DNA from: Macrostomum hystrix
Lineage: Eukaryota > Animalia > Platyhelminthes
Length of the DNA stretch: 64,000 nt
Direction of reading: 5' to 3'
Assembly (NCBI GenBank): GCA_950097015.1
Contig: CATNEN010000025.1
Coordinates: 1,426,001-1,490,000, forward strand
The first letter of the stretch is position 1. Each line of letters opens with the position of its first letter. A model generated the notes under the pieces. The model was not told where the DNA came from. It searched no databases and worked only from the letters and a program-made list of their open reading frames with translations. Below, piece after piece: positions 62,401 through 64,000 of the stretch. Both the position numbers and the translations under genes were made by a program.

Positions 62401-62429
62401 ATGCCGTGATAATGCTTGGACAGGCAAGG

Positions 62430-63010
62430 AGTGAGGTAGTTTGGTAGGCACAGATTGGGGTGGTTGGGTGGGCACGGAGTGAGCTTTGTGCATAGAAAGG
62501 GAATAAAATTTTTGTATGGGCATGGAGTGATCTGGTTAGGTAGGCACGGAGTGAGGTGGTTGGATAGAAAGGGAGTGAGGGGTTGTATAGGCAGGGAGTG
62601 AGGGGGTTGTATAGGCAGGGAGTGAGGGGGTTGTATAGGCAGCGAGTGAGGTGGTTGTATAGGCAGGGAGTGAGGTGGTTGTTTAGGCAGGGAGTGAGGT
62701 GGTTGTTTAGGCAGGGAGTGAGGTGGTTGTTTAGGCAGGGAGTGAGGTGGTTGTATAGGCAGGGAGTGAGGTGGTTGCTTAGGCAGGGACTGAGGTGGTT
62801 GTTTAGGCAGGGAGTGAGGTGGTTGTTTAGGCAGGGAGTGAGGTGGTTGTTTAGGCAGGGAGTGAGGTGGTTGTATAGGCAGGGAGTGAGGTGGTTGCTT
62901 AGGCAGGGAGTGAGGTGGTTGTATAGGCAGGGACTGAGGTGGTTGTATAGGCAGGGAGTGAGGTGGTTGTTTAGGCAGGGAGTGAGGTGGTTGCATAGGC
63001 AGAGAGTGGG
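62430..63010. repeat. 24-bp minisatellite (GGCAGGGAGTGAGGTGGTTGTTTA)
   Basis: About 23 copies, related to 60375-60830. Confidence 0.94.
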
Positions 63011-64000
63011 GTCGGCGATGCAAAAGGGCAGTAAATATGCTCCAAACTAAGGTAGTTGGGTTTCCCCTTGATTATATTGATAAAGCGGTCGAATGTTGCA
63101 TATTCAATGAGCCGCTAATCTTGTCCTTTAGTTTTTTGCATTAGAAACACTATGAAAATCATAAGATAATAAAAAAAAGTTCCTGCGAGTTCGAAAAAAG
63201 AGTCTTCATATTAGGCAAAATGTTAGCACTCGTAAGATTGTCTGCCTGTTTGACTAAGCTGCCAACCGTAAAAATCTTTGCATGTAATATCCAGACTGAA
63301 TGACACGGGCTTACATAAAATGCTTTCAAGTCCGCTAAAAGTACGTAGTTTTTTTCACTCACCGGGCGCACACTGATCGCTTCATAAATTGATGGCTAAG
63401 AAGAACTTTGATCCTCTAAAGATTTAACAAAATTCACTGGAAGCCAGTCAGACGTGGCCATATTTGCTCGCCTTAAAAGTTGCAGTCACGCAATGAATTG
63501 AGAGCCAATTTACTTATCTCCAGCCTTTGCCTCAATGGCAGAGCAAAATGAGATGAAATAAAAAAGGAAACAGACACGGACTGACTCGCAGAGCCGCCCG
63601 ACTGCTCGCTCTCACACGAAGCAGAGACCTCTCTCTCTGCATAAGTTTCTTTATGGCTGCAGCTAACTTGCCGCTTCCGATGCTACCGAGTAAAGATATG
63701 TTTTTCTTGCTGATCATACCTTTCTTCTGTTTTTCTTTCATTGTTAATTGTTTATTTAGGTAGAAATGAGCTCACAGCGCACCTTGAGAACGACAGGTTT
63801 CATTAGGCATTGCTGCTTTTTCTACTTTTGTGTTTTTCTCTCGCTCAAAAAGTCTAAAATCCATAGACGTTTTGTCAATGGCCTTATTAACTTTTAATTT
63901 TTATAGATGAGATCTAAACAGAAAATTAACCTACTAAGGCTTGATTGACAAAGAAACCTATTTAAAAGTTTTTATTAATAATTGCACGAATTCTTGATAA

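Overview
Eukaryotic (animal) genomic DNA with GC-rich spliced exons, AT-rich introns and a very high load of SINEs and minisatellites. The style resembles the flatworm Macrostomum, but this is inference only. Genes, from exon models I built by hand from GT-AG sites and reading frame: the 3' end of ZFPL1 (+); a CCDC74-like gene (-, 4 exons); tRNA-Leu(AAG) (-); CCDC39 (-, 4 exons); an intronless orphan secreted-peptide gene (+); a 14-exon kainate-type ionotropic glutamate receptor (+); an allatostatin-A/galanin-type GPCR (+, 2 exons); and an EF-hand + WD40 WDR49/CFAP337-like gene (-, 10 exons). Mobile DNA: a full-length Ty3/Gypsy element with identical 191-bp LTRs and a 5-bp TSD, whose RT is interrupted by a tRNA-SINE; two SINE families (about 10 and about 5 copies); and a Crypton-like relic. 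There are more than 20 distinct tandem arrays. There is no CRISPR array and no prokaryotic system. Best leads: the orphan acidic-propiece/cationic WWRRR peptide, an HDV-ribozyme-like core in SINE family A, the SINE nested in a very young LTR element, an intronic X-box, and a CSL/kB-site minisatellite in the ciliary WDR49-like gene.
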